This document shows positions 51,434 to 54,650 of a stretch of DNA of 54,650 nt, one piece after another; the stretch's first letter is position 1; each line of letters starts with the position of its first letter. The notes under the pieces were generated by a model. The model did not search any database. It saw only the letters and a program-made list of their open reading frames with translations, and was not told where the DNA came from. The position numbers and the translations under genes are program-made. Source of the stretch: Acidithiobacillales bacterium SM1_46 (GTDB lineage: Bacteria; Pseudomonadota; Gammaproteobacteria; Acidiferrobacterales; Sulfurifustaceae); contig LJVB01000001.1 in assembly GCA_001304215.1 (NCBI GenBank), positions 1 through 54,650 of the forward strand, written 5' to 3'.

Positions 51434-51746
51434 TGTCAGGATTCCTTGTACTTATTTTGTCGGGGTCCGTCCGTGTCGGGGCCGCTTTCAGCATCCATAC
51501 CAGCGTCGTGCCGACGAATCGCTTGCCCTCGGCAAACGCCGTCGCGTGTGAATCTCCGGGCCGGTAACTCACATCGTGAGTGCCCGATGCCCGAATCAGG
51601 TAATCGAGACACATGCGCTGCTGCCTTTCCGTGGCCTCGCCACGCCAGCAAGCACGTAGCGCCTGTATCTCGGCTTCCGTGTAATCCGGCCGCTCAAGTG
51701 GATCCTTGTGCGGCCGGCAGTCCTCGATCTTCTCCTGAATCGCCAC
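51426..51746 (-). CDS. small conserved protein between portal and scaffold (106 aa, GTG start); possibly a Bbp19-type family
   Basis: ORF track. It starts 2 nt after the portal stop. The family assignment is from memory only. Confidence 0.55.
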   Translation of the reverse strand: MAIQEKIEDCRPHKDPLERPDYTEAEIQALRACWRGEATERQQRMCLDYLIRASGTHDVSYRPGDSHATAFAEGKRFVGTTLVWMLKAAPTRTDPDKISTRNPDNE

Positions 51747-51747
51747 G

Positions 51748-53379
51748 CTACGCTACTTTCTCCTGCGCAGCCGCAAACTGATTCGCCGCCGTGGCCTGCG
51801 TCTTGGCCAGCTCGGCCTCCTCCTCGGCACGAGCCTGCTCGGCATTCGAGCGAATGATCTCCTGGGCCGCGCGCTCGGTACGGATGTGCTTGTGCTTCAC
51901 ACCGATGCCCTCGAGCGCCGCGCGCAGGGCCGAACCGCTGTCGTAATGCGCCAGCGCAGTCGGATCCATCTCGAGCGCCACCCGAATCAGCTCCGCTGAC
52001 TCCATGAACGTCGATGCGTCCTTGCGCTCGATCGCCTCGTGCAATGGCGACTCGAACCGGAAGTGAATTTCGCGTCCTTGGAGCTCGCGCGGCATGTCCT
52101 GCACGGATCCAAAAACGCCAGCGCGTAGGAGGGTGTCGAAGGTATCTTCGCAAAGTTGGCCGTTGTACTCGTGTTCCATCGGCTCGAATAGTGGTAAGGC
52201 TGCCCTGACATACTCCTCCACGCGCTGACCGACCTCGAACGCTGTCATGTCGCCCTCCGGCGGCGGCAGCGTTAGCTTGTTGATGTAAAACGCCTCAGCG
52301 AGCATCGCCATCTGATTGTCGCGCTCGTTGTAGCCCTGCGGCAGTCCGCGCCGGTCCTGCGTGATCGGCCGCAATACGTCACCCTTGCGCTCGTCGTACT
52401 CGACATCAGCCCATGTGATGCCGCCCGAGTAGAGCTGAATGTCACCGCGAATCGCATCCTGCGTCGCAATCATCGGCGGGCGCACACTCATCTCGCCAGC
52501 CTCGAGCAGCGTCAGGCTCATCGCCTGCAGCAAACGCGCGTCCGGCAAACCGGCCACGGCCGCCGGCGAATACGCATACTGCGAGCCCGATACCGTCTGC
52601 CAGCGCGGCAACGTCACACCCGAGCTCCACGCCGGATGCTCATTGATGATGTGGCTGTTCTGCACATCGAGGTACACGATCATCCACGGATAACCGGCAC
52701 CCTGATCCATCTGCCCCGCGTAGACGTCACTCGTCACCGCGAGCCTCATGCAATCGACCTTGCTGAGATTCTGGTCCTTCTTGACCTTGTCGATGTTAGG
52801 GTGCATCGCGCCAGCACCGAACATCGCTTTCAGCTCCTTGATGCGCGGCTGCCACTTGATGTAAACCTCGCCGACCTGCTGGTCAGCGCGCTCGGCCCAG
52901 GCTACGTCCCTGAGATGCCAGCACCGATAAAGAAGATGCGGCGACTCGGTGTGCCAGTTCACATCGCGCGTGATGCAACACTGCCCGAACGCCGCGAAAT
53001 CCGCGTCACCCTCGGCCGTCGCGCGCACGAATTGCGACTTGCGATCGTACATCGCGCGACGCATTCGCTTGCCAGCCTCGTCGAGCCAGATCTTGCCGGG
53101 GATCGGCAGCTCGTCGTAATCATCGACGATGATCTGAAACCACTCTTTCTTGCGCGGCCGCAACATGGCGGCGAAGGAATTGCTCAAATCCCGGTGAACC
53201 AGGATTGGATACGATGAGTAGAGATGCTCGGCGAACTCCTCGCCCACGTAACGCCGAATCGTGAAATCCGCGCGCTGCGGGTAGAAATTCTCCGCGATCT
53301 CCTGCCACAGCGTCGTGATGGCCTTTCGCTCCTTGAAAAGCTGCTCGCCACGAGCAATGAGATCCTTGGGTCGCATCAT
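51748..53379 (-). CDS. portal protein (head-to-tail connector type, 543 aa)
   Basis: Position after terL, and size. The segment MTAFEVGQRVEEYVRAALPLFEPMEHEYNGQL parallels the T7 gp8 segment VTAEEIRYVASELEDTLGGVYSILSQELQLPL. Confidence 0.85.
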   Translation of the reverse strand: MMRPKDLIARGEQLFKERKAITTLWQEIAENFYPQRADFTIRRYVGEEFAEHLYSSYPILVHRDLSNSFAAMLRPRKKEWFQIIVDDYDELPIPGKIWLDEAGKRMRRAMYDRKSQFVRATAEGDADFAAFGQCCITRDVNWHTESPHLLYRCWHLRDVAWAERADQQVGEVYIKWQPRIKELKAMFGAGAMHPNIDKVKKDQNLSKVDCMRLAVTSDVYAGQMDQGAGYPWMIVYLDVQNSHIINEHPAWSSGVTLPRWQTVSGSQYAYSPAAVAGLPDARLLQAMSLTLLEAGEMSVRPPMIATQDAIRGDIQLYSGGITWADVEYDERKGDVLRPITQDRRGLPQGYNERDNQMAMLAEAFYINKLTLPPPEGDMTAFEVGQRVEEYVRAALPLFEPMEHEYNGQLCEDTFDTLLRAGVFGSVQDMPRELQGREIHFRFESPLHEAIERKDASTFMESAELIRVALEMDPTALAHYDSGSALRAALEGIGVKHKHIRTERAAQEIIRSNAEQARAEEEAELAKTQATAANQFAAAQEKVA

Positions 53380-53621
53380 CCGAGTGTCTCATCGGCTTCG
53401 GTAAGAATGTTGGAGGTGCGAGAGCCGCGACGCTTGGCGGCCTTGCGCCGCTCGTTGCGGCGAATGTACTCGTCATCCGGCATCTCCGCTGACTGGTAGA
53501 TCTTGTCGAGTGCGGCCTGCTGCTTGGCTTCCTTCTCCATGCGCCGCTCCTTGTTGGTCTTGTAGCCCTTGCCGAGCGAGAAATTGACCAACCGCTTGCC
53601 GGTGTTTTTTAGTCCTGACAT
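53376..53621 (-). CDS. small basic protein between terL and portal (81 aa; start moved to Met32)
   Basis: The ATG shares one base with the terL TGA, and there is an ATGA overlap with the portal start. AAGGAGG RBS. Confidence 0.55.
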   Translation of the reverse strand: MSGLKNTGKRLVNFSLGKGYKTNKERRMEKEAKQQAALDKIYQSAEMPDDEYIRRNERRKAAKRRGSRTSNILTEADETLG

Positions 53622-54650
53622 CAGTGCCTCCTTACGCGAGCCCTCCGTGGCCCCATGTTCACGGCCGGCCGCCGATTTTTGCCGATGATACCCCCGCGTT
53701 GATCGCTGCGCCATTCGCCGAGGTGCGTAATCGCCTTGTCACCCGCACTCCACGACTGCACCACCGCATCGCCACGATCCGGCGAACGACCGAGCATCTC
53801 CACAACGTCACGCTTCGACGTCACCTTGATACCGTTCGGCGTCAGCTCCCACGACAACGCCGTGAGATCCGCAACGAGCTTCTGATCGTCCGGCAACATG
53901 ATCGGCGAACCACCATCCTGCTCAGGATCGAGCGCCTCCATGAATTTCCAGTACACCTCGGCGCGCTTGTTGAAAAACTTGAGCATCTTCTCCTTGGTGC
54001 GCGCCGATGACTTGTCCATGCCCACATGCCGGATACAGCGCACCCCGTTCTCCTCAAGATGCGCAAACGCCTCCGCACCGTTCATCTCACCGCAGTCAAT
54101 CACCGGCAACGCGCCATGCTTGCGGTACTTCAACACCAGCGCCGCCACATCGCGACCGTGCGGCGTCTCCACCCCCGGCACACAAATCAGATCGGGATAA
54201 AAACCGTCATATCTCGGCGCCAGCACCGTCTCATCCTTGGAGCGCGCCGCGTCCACACCAATCGCGCACATCGGCACCCCACGCGGCGGCTGACCATTGC
54301 ACTCGCGCCAGCGATTCTGCGCCGCATGAATCCACGCCGTCGAAATGAGCTGATCCGGCTCGTCCTGCCGCGCCGCCATGAAATTGCCGTCACGAATCGC
54401 CGATCGCAACGGCTCCTGCAACGCATCGAGCTGCGCCGCGTAATTCGTGCGCGCCAAAAACGGATTGTCAGCCAGCCGGCCCGGAATGAACGTGCGCGAC
54501 TGCGGAATCAGGTAAATCGGCTCCCCTGTCACCGGATCGGTACGACCCGACTCGAGCTTCGAGTCCGGCCCATCCACCCACAAATCGAAACTCTTGCCAT
54601 CCGAACCCACCATCGTCACGCACCACCGCAGCTCCCCAGGAGCCGCCGGA
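53621..54650 (-). CDS. terL: terminase large subunit, C-terminal nuclease part (continuation of 1..708 through the circular junction)
   Basis: The track ORF 53621..54619 extends without a stop to the window end. The segment AIGVDAARSKDETVLAP is an RNase H-like acidic motif. The ORF is in frame with 1..708. Confidence 0.9.
   Translation of the reverse strand, partial: PAAPGELRWCVTMVGSDGKSFDLWVDGPDSKLESGRTDPVTGEPIYLIPQSRTFIPGRLADNPFLARTNYAAQLDALQEPLRSAIRDGNFMAARQDEPDQLISTAWIHAAQNRWRECNGQPPRGVPMCAIGVDAARSKDETVLAPRYDGFYPDLICVPGVETPHGRDVAALVLKYRKHGALPVIDCGEMNGAEAFAHLEENGVRCIRHVGMDKSSARTKEKMLKFFNKRAEVYWKFMEALDPEQDGGSPIMLPDDQKLVADLTALSWELTPNGIKVTSKRDVVEMLGRSPDRGDAVVQSWSAGDKAITHLGEWRSDQRGGIIGKNRRPAVNMGPRRARVRRH
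54557..54650. repeat. terminal direct repeat, copy B (identical to 1..94)
   Basis: Same 94-nt string as the window start. Confidence 0.95.

Noticed and set aside
1-54650. CRISPR arrays, integrase/excisionase, transposases, toxin-antitoxin pairs, rRNA
   Set aside because: Reading both strands, I found no regularly spaced short repeats, no Tyr/Ser recombinase or DDE motifs, and no rRNA-like sequence.

Overview
The window is a complete, circularly closed genome of a GC-rich tailed phage. The first 94 nt are identical to the last 94 nt, giving a unit length of 54,556 bp, and joining the ends restores an in-frame terminase large subunit. I infer a podovirus-like virion: the portal resembles the T7 head-to-tail connector type, a 214-aa plus 924-aa gene pair looks like tubular proteins A and B, and I saw no sheath, tube or obvious tape-measure genes.

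The genome has three blocks:
1. A plus-strand early operon (2081..7990) of about 17 small, mostly acidic or zinc-ribbon proteins. They are tightly translationally coupled. The block includes a C5-methyltransferase-like gene and ends in a small HTH gene.
2. A DNA-metabolism region made of a minus-strand operon (14298 down to 7961) and a divergent plus-strand operon (14347..16425). The minus operon encodes an RHH regulator, a PD-(D/E)xK nuclease, a ParB-like protein, an SF2 helicase, a DUF1064-like protein and a Ref-like HNH nuclease. The plus operon encodes a DnaJ-type zinc-finger protein, an ERF annealase, a YqaJ exonuclease and a Lar-like protein.
3. A roughly 40-kb minus-strand late operon that starts at terS (1927), wraps through the contig ends, and runs to 16550. 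In order it encodes terL, portal, scaffold, three tiny basic proteins, the capsid protein, tubular-like proteins, large internal and fibre proteins (including 2270-aa and 1496-aa ORFs), an endolysin, spanin-like genes and a membrane-protein island.

I found no tRNA, CRISPR array, integrase, reverse transcriptase, DNA polymerase or RNA polymerase.

All function calls rest on motifs I could read by eye, on synteny, and on remembered family signatures. No database search was possible, so family names are hypotheses. Three genes below the 60-aa cut-off of the ORF track were found by hand translation.
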